Part shown: positions 42,001 to 53,848 of the stretch, piece after piece | Numbering within the stretch: position 1 is the stretch's first letter | Layout: each line of letters opens with the position of its first letter | Assembly (NCBI GenBank): GCA_051362555.1 | Contig: CM120643.1 | Span: 14,792,644-14,856,643, forward strand | Length of the DNA stretch: 64,000 nt | Reading direction: 5' to 3' | Source: Lingula anatina | Lineage: Eukaryota; Animalia; Brachiopoda | Program-made: the position numbers and the translations under genes | Notes under the pieces: model-generated | The model's input: the letters and a program-made list of their open reading frames with translations, nothing else | What the model was told of the DNA's origin: nothing | Databases searched by the model: none

Positions 42001-43082
42001 ATCTAATTTTTAAATATTTTGACTGAAGGGGGTGGGTGCAGAACCCCTCCCATCTTGGAACCCAAACCCTTCCCCACCCACACACCATAACAGTAATGTT
42101 CCCTTACATGCATGTTTGCTCCATAGCCTGGGCTGCCCATGAATATCCAATCTGTCTTGCTGGACTCAGCCAGCTTGGGGAGAAAATAGGGTCTTGAGTA
42201 GTGCTTCCTTAATATGTTGGCTGCCATTGGGTCGCAATTACTCCTGCAAAAATAAACAATATAAAGTGTGAAATACATTCAGATCACAAATAAATTAAAC
42301 AAACTTCATTTTTTCAGCAAAATGTTTATCTAGCAACATTTGCAATAATGTGATAAAAATGCACAGATCTAAAAAGTAATGTTGTGGTGGGTTGTGGTAA
42401 ACTGGTAAAAAAAAAAACAACAAATCACCACCATATAACATGCATCTACAATATGCCAAGATAATTGTCAACAGGAAATTGCACCCAACAATTTTCTTTT
42501 ACTATTGCTGAATTTCTAAAAAGACTTTTTATTTAAAACAGATTTTTTCACTATAAAAGGTGAAGTCGGCACAATATTCAGGCTCTTTTAAAAAGAGAAT
42601 TACTCAGAAAACACAAACACTGTGCTTGCCTCAATGCATATTACACCTTAACGTTTATATATAAAAATAAACATTTGCTAAAAAAGATCTGATGCTCATT
42701 GTGTCTTTGACTTCAATTACTAGCACTTTCTTCAGTTTCTTTTTGGCTGGAACCTCTTTTTCTTTATGCAGTCATTTAATCATCTTTTTCAAAAGTAACT
42801 AACAAAAACACTGTTCCATTCATTAGTAACAAATCAGTTTGCTCAAATTCAGGGAACAATTACAGTTATTGCATTCAAATCTGGTAACTACAGGCTAAAT
42901 AATTTAATTATCTTTTGCTAACAAAGTTATGGTATTGAGTTTCTGTTTCGTTCTCATCAAACATCTTCTTCAAGTCTTTTGGGAAATATTAGTGGGCTCA
43001 AACAGATGTCTTCACACCAACTGAGACATGGCTGTGGTGAAAAGTGAATTAACTGCTCTCTCTCTCTCTCTCTCTCTCGTTC

Positions 43083-43118
<36 letters not shown>

Positions 43119-43119
43119 C

Positions 43120-43169
<50 letters not shown>

Positions 43170-43496
43170 CAGTTCCATTCTCTTTCTCTCTCGCTATCTA
43201 CTACTTCTCTCTCTTTCGAACCCACTGTATAATTGCAAAGACCAACAATATTTAAGATCAAAATACTGAAAACCAGGCCCCCTCTCTACTGCATATACAT
43301 ACAGGTACATGTACTACACAACTTGACAAGGTGTGCATTTAGTTTGTTCAATGTGTGTTTTGTGGAGAGACAAATCTTTTGGTGATCAGCAAACCATGAC
43401 ACATTGAAGCCATACTTTTGTTGAAAAGGTATAATATTAAACTTACTTCATTTAAATGAACCTCACAGCATGCCACAAAAAAGCATTCTTTATGTG

Positions 43497-43542
<46 letters not shown>

Positions 43543-44178
43543 CATGGCTGGTTTTCTATTTATAAATAAATATTCTCTTGGGTGATTAAATACACAGGTA
43601 GGACTTTCCAGGTCAACAAACAGGCAATTAAGATACTCAGTAAAGAAGAAAGCAAAAGAATTACAGAATTTAATGAGATGTTTATAATTTATTTTCTCAA
43701 TATTTAACTCAACTAAAAAAAAACAGGGACTTAAGACAATGGACAGGGATCTAAGACAATGCTATTTAAACAGGTGAAAAACTTTTACATGTTAGGTGAC
43801 ATATGGTACTTGGTGAAAAAAATATGTTGCCATTGAGATGATCTTTAAATATATTGAACATTGTAGTTGTGTACATTCTAGTGGAACAAAGTCATCATAC
43901 TTGGTCAATAAAAATGTACCCTTAATAAGTTTTATGTCTTCCCCTTTAAAAAGCCATCTAGAATTAACAATCAGATTCTGAGAATAATTTACACATTAGG
44001 GTTAAAAAGGCTTCCTTGTACAAATAAGAACAAAAACATGGGGATTTCAAAAGGTCTCATAACTATAACTTAGATGGAAAACGGGTAAATGTTTGTGTGT
44101 ATGTGGGGGTGCATTAAACCTCCGTATGTTGAATACCAAATGTGGTGGCCTTAATTGAAAAAAATTAAAAAGTGAAGA

Positions 44179-44213
<35 letters not shown>

Positions 44214-44950
44214 TTGCGCTGAAAGGGGTAAGATAGACAGACAGTCAGAGAGACAGACAGACAGACATCAAAGTATAAATTTTGGTTCGACTTTGTGCCT
44301 TACCATCCAATGTACCAGGGCTCGGCGTTGTCCTTCAACTGCGCCCTCTGATCTTCCATCTCAAAGACCTCCCCGAGGTTCGTGAAGCTCGTCTGGTAAG
44401 GGAAAAACTGACAGTCCCTGGTAGCGCTTTCCAGAACGGGGCTCCCCGGGGCGTAGACATTTTTGAAGAAGGAGAAACTGAACTCCGTCTGCGCCGTCCA
44501 ATTTGCCGTCCCATCCGTCACAACCACCGGGTGGCCGGAGTACGCGTAGAGTCGCTCGAATTCCTCCTGGGAGAGGTTCGACACCCGAACAACTTCAGTG
44601 ACGTTACGGCAGATATCGCAGTTCGTCGGCGGCCTGAAGATATCGAATATGAATTCGTTTATTTCAAAAATACACGGTTCTTGTTCAATGTCTTCGCCCC
44701 ACGCGCTGTAGAGTAATCCCGCTACTGTGCGGTTTGTTAGCGGCCAGCCCGTGCCCAAGAAAACTCCCAAGAGTACGGACGAAATAACCACTGTCACTGC
44801 AAAAATGATAGTCCAATATGGCTTCTTGCTTTCTCGCAGGTAATCTACAGACTCGAGCATGTCATAGTGATCCCCCGTTATCCCCAAAGTCTTTGCTTTT
44901 TGGTGAATTTTGCGAAACAAAACCTTAGGATCCTGTTTGACGTCCGCCAT
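35865..44950 (-). CDS. Uncharacterised type II membrane JmjC/cupin-fold Fe(II)/2-oxoglutarate oxygenase-like protein; 333 aa
   Basis: Minus-strand exons 44950-44304, 42243-42108, 36556-36424, 35950-35865 (1002 nt, phases 2/0/1). TM segment WTIIFAVTVVISSVLLGVFLG. JmjC-type motifs LSQEEFERLYAYSGHPVVVTDGTANW, PWYIGWSNC, YSRPYFLP, WIFMG..GANMHID, WQAQITGTKRW, VKPGDIIVLDTNAWFHST, SITIGSEFD*. Confidence 0.9.
37939..38214. mobile_element. Foldback MITE with about 108-bp TIRs and 5-bp TSD (hAT5-like)
   Basis: CAGGCCTACCCAACTACCAGACTCGGCA...TGCCGAGTCTGGTAGTTGGGTAGGCCTG, flanked on both sides by TTACC (37934-37938 and 38215-38219). Confidence 0.85.
40566..41971 (-). mobile_element. Non-autonomous piggyBac element with decayed transposase N-terminus
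   Basis: TTAA|CCCCATAGAGCC ... GGCGCTATGGGG|TTAA (12-bp TIR, 1 mismatch, TTAA TSD). Subterminal repeat TGCGGTTCCCGGC occurs twice. Minus-strand ATG at 41718 gives a frameshifted MAARSQRK/YGLRNVLDLLENSDFGEES, an acidic piggyBac-like start. Internal repeat of about 61 bp x3 at 41250-41425. Confidence 0.85.
43056..43166. repeat. Interrupted (CT)n microsatellite
   Basis: Direct reading; other (CT)n tracts at 5748, 13916, 29763, 61063 and 61629. Confidence 0.95.
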
Positions 44951-44974
44951 GCTTGGTTGTGTACGTGATAATAG

Positions 44975-45035
44975 GGAAATATTGACCTAGTTTTAGCTTT
45001 GACCTATTTTTCATCTTGTGTTCTGATTGGTCACA
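44975..45035 (-). promoter_or_regulatory. Candidate proximal promoter of the JmjC-like gene
   Basis: CCAAT box (CTGATTGG at about 45023-45030) and two TGACCT nuclear-receptor half-sites within 80 bp of the ATG; start context AAGCATGGCGG. Confidence 0.35.
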
Positions 45036-45587
45036 TAAAGTGGAACTAATTCTACCCTCCTTCACAGTTTTTATAACGAAGGATTTGAAATTCACGTACG
45101 TTTTCGCCGTGAAAGATAAAATTTGTGAGGTAGATGTCTTTATTATTCATTTCCTCATCATGAAAGGCCACGTTCGGCTTACTAGTACATCATATCTTTG
45201 GCCTTGAAGGTTTATAAAGCCCACTCTGTACACTGTACTCAGTAATTTATATTTAAACAAAGGTGCCGCATGTAACAAAAACTCACTGATTCAACATACA
45301 TGCATGTGCATGTACTACCAGTAGAAACAAAAAAAAAAAAAAAAAAAAAAAAAAAAACAATGCAGTACCGTACGTGTCTGTAGGGTGTTAATATCAAGGC
45401 CCAGCTTCAGGATTTGATTTTTTTATCTCAATTCCGGTAGATGCCTATAGGCCTATACCGGTAGGCCTATATCCACAATCTTGTCTTTTACATGTAGCCT
45501 ACTCCCAGTGCTAGTACCTTGTACACTGTAAAGCATGAGGCTTATCTGTTTCTTCTTTTGACTTCTTTTTTATGTACATGTAGCCTA

Positions 45588-45774
45588 CAGGCCCGTAGCC
45601 AGGGGGGGGGGGAGGGGGGGGTTCAAGGGGTTCGAAAGAATCGCCCCTTTTGGTGGGAAAAGGTCCACTCTGGGTAAAATTTGATCTAAGTTCATGATGT
45701 TTTTATGGAAAAAGGTCCGCTTTTTCAGAAAAAGAACGCCCACCCCCCTTTTGAAATTGCTGGCTACGGGCCTG
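45588..45774. mobile_element. Short GC-rich MITE with CAG..CTG termini (hAT-like)
   Basis: Perfect 15-bp TIR CAGGCCCGTAGCCAG / CTGGCTACGGGCCTG; no clear TSD. Confidence 0.7.
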
Positions 45775-46047
45775 AGGTATCATACTTAATTCTTGATATA
45801 AAATTGGTGGAGCGTGAAACACTAACACTCATTCTCAATATAGGCCTATAGGTCCATTTGAAGAAAACAGAAAAGTGAATATGCGGTTAAAGAAGTAGCC
45901 TATTCTCGAATTCTACTTTTTCTAAATCGCTGGCGACAGAAAGTGATTAAATGTAGCTTTTTGCATTAGGTTGCGAAGGTTTCAGTTGTTTTAGTAACGG
46001 AAATTTTGAAAATAACAATCTCTTTGATCAATATTTGATATACATTT

Positions 46048-46051
<4 letters not shown>

Positions 46052-46134
<83 letters not shown>
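46052..46134. repeat. (TA)n microsatellite
   Basis: Direct reading; other (TA)n tracts at 43500 and 61716. Confidence 0.95.
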
Positions 46135-46137
<3 letters not shown>

Positions 46138-48533
46138 TACTAACAAAAATTAAACTGCGCTACAGGGGTATTACGAGATTTCCTTTAAAACATTTAACTG
46201 TGTCCTGTCACCATATCGTCTAGATACTCATGGATGTAACTGAATTGAAGTTATATTAATGGCTAAAAACAAAAAGTGGTGACCAGCGCCAAAAGACGAA
46301 ACGAAAGTTTGTCAATTTTTAAAAAACTCGGCGACACCGCGAAAGTAGACGCAAGTTATTTGCCAGCAAGTTATTTAAAATAAACGTTAGACATCATCCT
46401 CGCTTCCTGGCAAGTTTGAGATTTTGTATTATAGTAAAATAAATTTGATACATTGCAGATTGTGAGATGGTTCTGCGAGCGACAGTAACGAAGGTTTAAC
46501 AATTTATTCCGTTTACGTTTTTCGTGTGAGAACAGATAAATCTAGCAATTATTTTTAAGTGATTTAAGTTGACTGACGTCTGTAAAGTTCCATTGGATAA
46601 ATAATTCTTTCTTTCACTTATCTTTAATTATATAAAAAATGTTTAATGGACCTGTATATTGAGAGTGAGTGTATATGCAAATTTTTACCAATATAGCCTA
46701 CATGTATTGCTGAAAATGTCGAACCTTTCTTGGAAAATGGGCCTATAATTAATGTTGCCACATGCCTTTGTCTCATTAGTGCAAGATTTGTAAATAACAT
46801 AAGTTGCGAGTTTTTAATTGCTGTATAAGAAAAACGGATAATAGCCGTACGCCAACTTGACATGATTCAGACCTTCAGAAATAAGCAGTGCAACCAAGAT
46901 GAATTGTTGCGTTGGCCACCTAACACATTGTGGTCAATGAAGCTCTTGCAGGATACGACATAAACGTGCCAACAGTCACTTTTGAATGGGCTCCACGGTT
47001 TATAATCTATATTAGCATTATTAAAGATGAGAGATCAGTTAATTTTGTTTCTGATATGCCGGAATAGATGCAAGATGCCTATTGTTCTAATATAATGTCT
47101 TTAATTGCCGTTCGATCGTTTTCTTTTCAGATGTAAACCGATACAGTTACCGGTATAAATGATCCAATGTTTGAATTAGTATTAGGGATAAAACTCATTA
47201 GTTGTCAGTTTTAACTGAAACGTCAATATCTCAACGATAACTTCGTTCATAAGACAAATATAGATTGCACCCCCATCTTACAGCCTAAAAGAGTCTTAGT
47301 GAAGGTCATTTTTAAGAAAAAAAATATCTTATTTGTTTACCCACTAAGTGCCGTCGGTGCGTTATGTGTTTTTCTTCGAAGAAATGGTGTGATTTTAGAC
47401 ATTGCGCTACCTTTAAAACATCTCCTTGCATCTTAATAACGCTTATGACCTAAAGCTTAAACAAATAATTAATATCTTAATTTTACCTCAATGTCAGAGC
47501 ACTTGACGCAAGTCACTTCACTGCAAGTCACTTGGCTGGGACAAAACTGAAGCTTGTTTGAGCAGTAGATATACATACTGAAAAAAAATAATTTCCCAAA
47601 GGGCGGTAATTCGGTTACCCTTTCAAGTGTTTTTTCATTTGCTAAAAGTTCATGACTCATACACGTATTTATGCATATGATTTAGTAGTCAAGGAGTTGA
47701 AACATATCTGAAATTTGCTCACACTTGCACACCTTCCATTAATTCTAGAACAAGAACATTGTGTCTTGATATACAACAATTCCATTACAGGTCCGAAAAG
47801 TTGAGGGTGTCGGGTTGGGGGAGGGCAGTGGGTTACCCCACCCCACCATATCTAGGGATACATCCCGTTTTAATCGCTCAAAAACAGCATGGCAACTGAA
47901 AAAATGCAATCCTAGGCCTTCAATATCTGGACCCTTCATATTCCAGTATCATTGTTTTAGTATACTACATTTGCGTTGACTCGCCTTCAGCAGTATATTT
48001 ATCCTCGTCTCTCCCCCCCCCCCCTTGTCGCAAAATTATCGATAACGCCAGGGCTATTAACTGTCACTGTGTAGGTCTTCAATTCATATAGAATTCGATG
48101 CTATGGATGTCATTTAAAAAAGGCTCCATGAATAAAAATAAAATAAAGAACAAAAGGAACAAAAGAAAAGAAAATAAGCATAATTCAGGGTAAACCTCAA
48201 AGGTGAACATCCACGTGCACCGGCACGAGAACCCTATCTGCGAGAGAGAGGTTGAGTCCCTTCAAATCCCCCAGATCTTTACCTCAATGTGTGTCACATT
48301 TACTCAGGATACATTCTGTCTGTGTTCATTAATTCTCTCATCAGCTATGTTGTATACCATGCTCTTATGAGTCCCTCGGCGTGTCGACACACACACATAA
48401 GCACGTGCGTTAAGTGTGCACGAGTACCTTTTGTTTTGGAAATTGTTTCTCTTTCCTTCCTTCTATTTCTTTCCAAGTATTAGTTTATTCATTCCAATTT
48501 GATTTTTTCGTTCATATATCTGTTGTTATTAAG

Positions 48534-48592
<59 letters not shown>

Positions 48593-50318
48593 CTTTACTA
48601 TAGTGATCTCATTCAATTTCTTCAATTTTTATTTTATTATATTGAAGTGTTTTGATTCGAATGAATCACACCTTCTTATGTAAATCTGACGAAATTCATG
48701 GATTATGAAACAATCCTGAAATTCAGCTTGCTCACGTTTACCGCAACGTGTACTACTTTCTAGGGACTTCTTGAGGAACGGGATGGTGAATTGCGCGCGA
48801 AGGCAATACACCGTCTCTCACGCAAGTTGTTTTGACGAAATAATGCTCAGTTTTGTTTCAGATTTGATACTATCGAATAAGGAAGGCCTTGCTATGCTTA
48901 AAAGTACTCTTTATACGGTACGATGTTTATGCGTTCGGTATGCTTGCGTACGGGTATGTGTGTATGCGAGCACTGTTGCCCATTTGGGCACAATCAACTC
49001 TCACACATAGTCACGTTGGTCGATTAAAATAATAATGTGAGCGCCACCCCAGCAAAATACCACTTTGGTGTGCCTGTGTCAATCAGGAAGTTGGTCGAAT
49101 AACCTTAACTCGTTTTATATACCTATGTTCATATATGTACAGCATTTTCATTTTGCGTAGAAGATGGTGATAAAAACTTAGCAATGAAACATCATTGTAT
49201 ATTGAAGATGCATTTTAAGCCTTTTTTTGCCACAAAACCCGATCAAACGCTACTATATGATTTAAAATAGTTTAACTTACAGACATACCAAAGGACATCG
49301 TTTCACATTTCCCGAAAAATGATATTTGAACGGATGCTTTCTGCTTTTTTTCTGTGCTTCCAGTATAAATATCCCTCAACAGTCTCATTAGAAAAAGTTT
49401 GCAATTGCTACACTGTATATACCCATACATGGGAGTGAGAGTGATGATTATTGCACATGTACATGCACGTCATTTAGCGGACCTTTGTGAACTGGAGGGA
49501 CAGATAAAATGTAAATTTAAGGCCAAAAATTTGAAGAAAGTGCAGTTTAAAGCTATTTTGAACTCGACGAGAGATTAATTAATTTGGTTTATGACTTGGC
49601 ATGTCGAATTTATTTTACTGGTAGTCGTAAAAGAAACTAGTAGAAGTGGTTTATACCGGTATGTGTTTTATATGTTCTTTTAGCTGAAAAATACGACAGT
49701 ACTATTGCTTGTACGAAAAAGTCTAAACTCTCCGAAACTAGAATTCGCTGTATGTTTATTGTTATATTGTCCACAGAAAAAAAAGCAAAATTGACCCATT
49801 GATACATGAAACGCATAAGATGATACATGAACACTATTAAATCCTCCACCTCTGCGTTTCTGCCTTCAGGTAAGCCCCTTTTCAAGTCGCTTTGACAGAG
49901 TAATTCAGACTACAGTTACAGTCAATTCCCTTTTTCTAGTTCTGTACATTTTTCATAAGAGATTATTGGTATTGTTAAAGACCAGGCAAGTATTTGGCAA
50001 TTTTAACGCTCCTTTTACTTCTAAAGGACGCCATTCATTTCTGTTCTGTTCATTTATCCAGGGGCTTATGAAATTACCGTTTGTTCACGATTGTCGCACA
50101 TATACTAGTAGCATCGTTTATTGTATTCTTTTACGTTCGACACTGAATTTTAGCGAACGGAGGGCGCAAAGAGAGGCTGTAAGCTATCGAGGTCATTGTT
50201 AAATTGATACGAGGTCCTTTGTCACCCTGTAGACGCACTTGGCCTACTTAACCCCGACGCCCTAGTTATTCCTTAACAGACAGTGGTAGACGCTGTTGCT
50301 TCCCTCTTCGAGACTGTC

Positions 50319-51427
50319 ATGAATACGGCGTATTTTCTCGTTTTCTGCGTGCTCCTGGCCACAAGTTACGGGGACGTGTGGCAGAAAAGTGGGGATTTTT
50401 ATATACACCAGGGAAATGTGTCGACACAACTGGTATGTTTTGTCTGTCTATTGCCGTCTGCTGTGTGTGTGTGTGTGTGTGTGTGACTTTTCATCACAAT
50501 CACAGTATTGATCTTGTCCAATGAATAAAATAGATTTCAAACTCATCTATTAAGATCAACTGTAATTGGTATTTCACCCGAGGTTTCAGCTTGTGTGCCT
50601 GCTTCAGGGAATTAAAATAAATAATCTGAGTGCTTTTCTTATTGCATATTTATTTTTTAGTCCCTGGAGAAGGCACAGAAGCCGAAAGCTCGGGCGGGCT
50701 ATAGTTGATCAAAATGGGTGCATTTTAAATCTTATTTATATGCACATGGGTGTGTTGAAACGTATACACGTATACAGGTACAAATAGCCCACCCGCCCAA
50801 TGTACAAAGACAAAACATACATTAACTGTTAATTACAATATTTCGACCGTTCAAGATTTACAACTTACATGTGCGGACAGTACGGTACTGTTTATAAATA
50901 TAATTACAGGGTACAATATAACTTATTATTAATTAATTAAATAAGTACAGGGTGCAATTTAAGTTATATATACTTTTAGTTAGAAGTACAGGTGTACTGT
51001 GCTGAGTTGAAATTTTATCAGGTTAGAAGAGGTCTGCTGTCTTACATCATACAGTTTTCCATCATATTTAGTTTTTTTGTATCAGTTTGCATAATAATAA
51101 TTACATGCATGTCATAAACCCTCTAGTAATGGGACTTTTCCCCTTTTTCTAATTCACTGAGGTGCTACGTGCTTATTTATGCTGTAATAGAAGGTGGTAT
51201 AAGGTTCGCTGTGAGAGGCTTGGCTTACAAAATGACCTCATTAATAGAAATAATCCAAGATGGTCTAAATAACAGAGGTTGTACACACTGCGTCGCATGT
51301 GATACGAGTGTAGAAAGCATGCGAGGATTAACCTTTAAGCGATAATGGTGAAAATGTATACGCCGGGAATGTCATCTAAGAATGCATTACAAAAGCAACA
51401 TGCAAAACGTGATGAATACATTCTGTT

Positions 51428-51462
<35 letters not shown>

Positions 51463-53817
51463 GCCAGTAATTCTACAAATCGAAACTTTAGATAAAACAA
51501 CCAGAGTAATGTCCCAGGATAAATTGCTTAAATGCTCTGCCGCACCACATTCGCTAATCTGTCATTGTTTTTGGTCTCATTCTCCTCCAAACCTTGCCAA
51601 ACTTCGCTTGATTTTATGCAGTCTCAAGAATTCTGGGATGATTCCCATTAAGAATGAGAAAAAAAAAGAATGAAGCGAAAATACACTGATGCCATGAAGC
51701 AGCGTTTATGGTTAACACTGATGACTGCTGTTATGTTCACCTTAAAAAGAGTTGTCACCCGCAAAGGAAGTTGACATCGATCGATATGGCTAAGGGTATT
51801 TATGTTTGCAATTGGCAGGGTAACCGCTGAGAAATAAAGGAATGCAGTACCCGAAGAGCATTTGTTGTTAGCCCCCTTTAATTGTACAAATGAGCTCCGT
51901 TGGCGATTCCTAAATTTTGCTTAGGGTAGGGGGATTAAAAAATACCGAGCGAAGTAAGATATATTTAAAACAGAAGACAATTATACCATTGTACGCCAGG
52001 CACAGGGATGGAAGAAATTGCTTGGCTTAATGAGTCTTATTTCGCTCGTCGTTCTTTTTTTTTCTTCCCCCTTTTGGAAGATGGGGGGAATCGGAAGAAG
52101 TACCAGGTGAAAGGGGCTCATGCCCTTTGTTCTCCCCCACTCTGTTACCGCCATTCCTGTTTTTAATTTTAAATCTTCTGTTTCAACATGCAAAAACGTT
52201 GCATGCTCCGCAAACACGTTAGGGTTCGAGCCATTTGTGTTTTTGACCTATGTGCGCAACTTCTGATGCCATATGCCAACAAACAAACGAACTGTGCCGA
52301 CTTTATTACAAAAATATGACGCGATACTGGAAACCTAAGATGTACTATTCAAGCGTCCTTGATGTCACCCGTAAGACTCCAACATAACCACCGCCCTTTG
52401 GTCAGATAGACTTGAACTTTGTGAGCGAACTGAGTTCTTTGTACATGTCTGCTGTATATTTGCTCTGATTTTCCATCACCCTGAGGGCCATAGATTGTCG
52501 GAAACTCACCACACTGAGCGCCATAAATTGTTGGAAACTTACTACCCCGAGTGTCATAGATTGCTGTAAAAATTACTCCTCTGTCCTTGGTAGAAACGAC
52601 ACTGACGTATGATAATTAATTGTAGTTTCCAGTTGTGTCTTAAACTTGGGGTCCAAAAGCATGTTGATAGGGACCTAATAAAGATGGCATGAATAATGGA
52701 AACTCAGGATATTTTTTCATGGCAATGGACTCAGGACCGGGTTACACGTATCTCGTCATAGGCCCCCTACCATATCCCATTATGTTCAGATCATCTTAAC
52801 AATGTATTACATCTGGGGTTAAAAATCCCGAGTCATGATAACCGCTGATAACATTGTTTGGCTGTTTACTGTTTGATTTAAGGTATCCTTAATGAGTCAA
52901 TTTATCAGATAAGGTAGTATTCAATTATTTGAAGTGGGATAGATATGAGTTGGAATGAGCGCAATTAATTCACAGATAAACTGCACGATTGCAAATCGTC
53001 AATGCGTTTGTACTGATATCTGGAAAGGGAATTTGTAGCAACATTATATTGAATATCTGTCGTTTTTTATATTTTATCTTATAATTTCACAAAGAAACAT
53101 TGAATTAATTTTCATACTTAGGTGATTTTTGGGGTTACTGTCAAACAACGCTCACAAGAACAACTCTTAAAACATATTTACATTATCGATTATCCGGGTG
53201 ACACTTGGTGATAATAAGAACATTGTTAAAACGGCAGGCCTAACCAACTACCAGAATCAGCACATAAGGACCCTGAATTAACCGGTATATCGGACCACAC
53301 TACCCGTTTTCAAGATGTGTGCCTGAAGCAATTAAGTTATGCGTTGCCGGTGTCGCTTTTAGTACTGTTCAAATAACCAGTCCATCAATCTCCCCAAATG
53401 TTGGACTGGATAATGAATAGCTAAACAAAGAGTTGGCCCCTGGCTGTTTAGCATATTTCCCCCAGTCTATAATATAATATAATATAATATAATATAATAT
53501 AATATAATATAATATAATATAATATAATATAATATAATATAATATGTAATATGAGATGAGATGAGATTAAATACCATGGTTAAGACACTGTACGACTTAA
53601 GAATGTCGGGGGCTTCCAAAATCTTCTGCACTGTCCTCCATTCTAATAATCTACATGTACCGGTACCTTGAACATTGTATTTCAATCAGGTTTTGCAAGA
53701 GAGAAATGCATTGCTTTTACGATATTCTATTCATTCCATTTCAGAACTGGTTCCATTTCTCAGCATTTTGTATGCGGAATAGTTCCAGTGTCAATTTTGA
53801 ATTTTCATTCCCAACGG

Positions 53818-53848
<31 letters not shown>

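Noticed and set aside
44180-44212. G33 run and long poly-A runs as functional elements or retrocopy tails
   Set aside because: No associated TSD or element body; homopolymer lengths are unreliable in assemblies.
50269-50277. U12-type branch point TTCCTTAAC before the first coding exon; GTATCCTT at about 52883
   Set aside because: No matching U12 donor and branch pair around one intron; all modelled introns fit U2 signals.
53122-53198. Candidate extra exon for the TMEM145-like gene
   Set aside because: No homology to the domain, and 53745-53816 supplies the expected sequence in phase.
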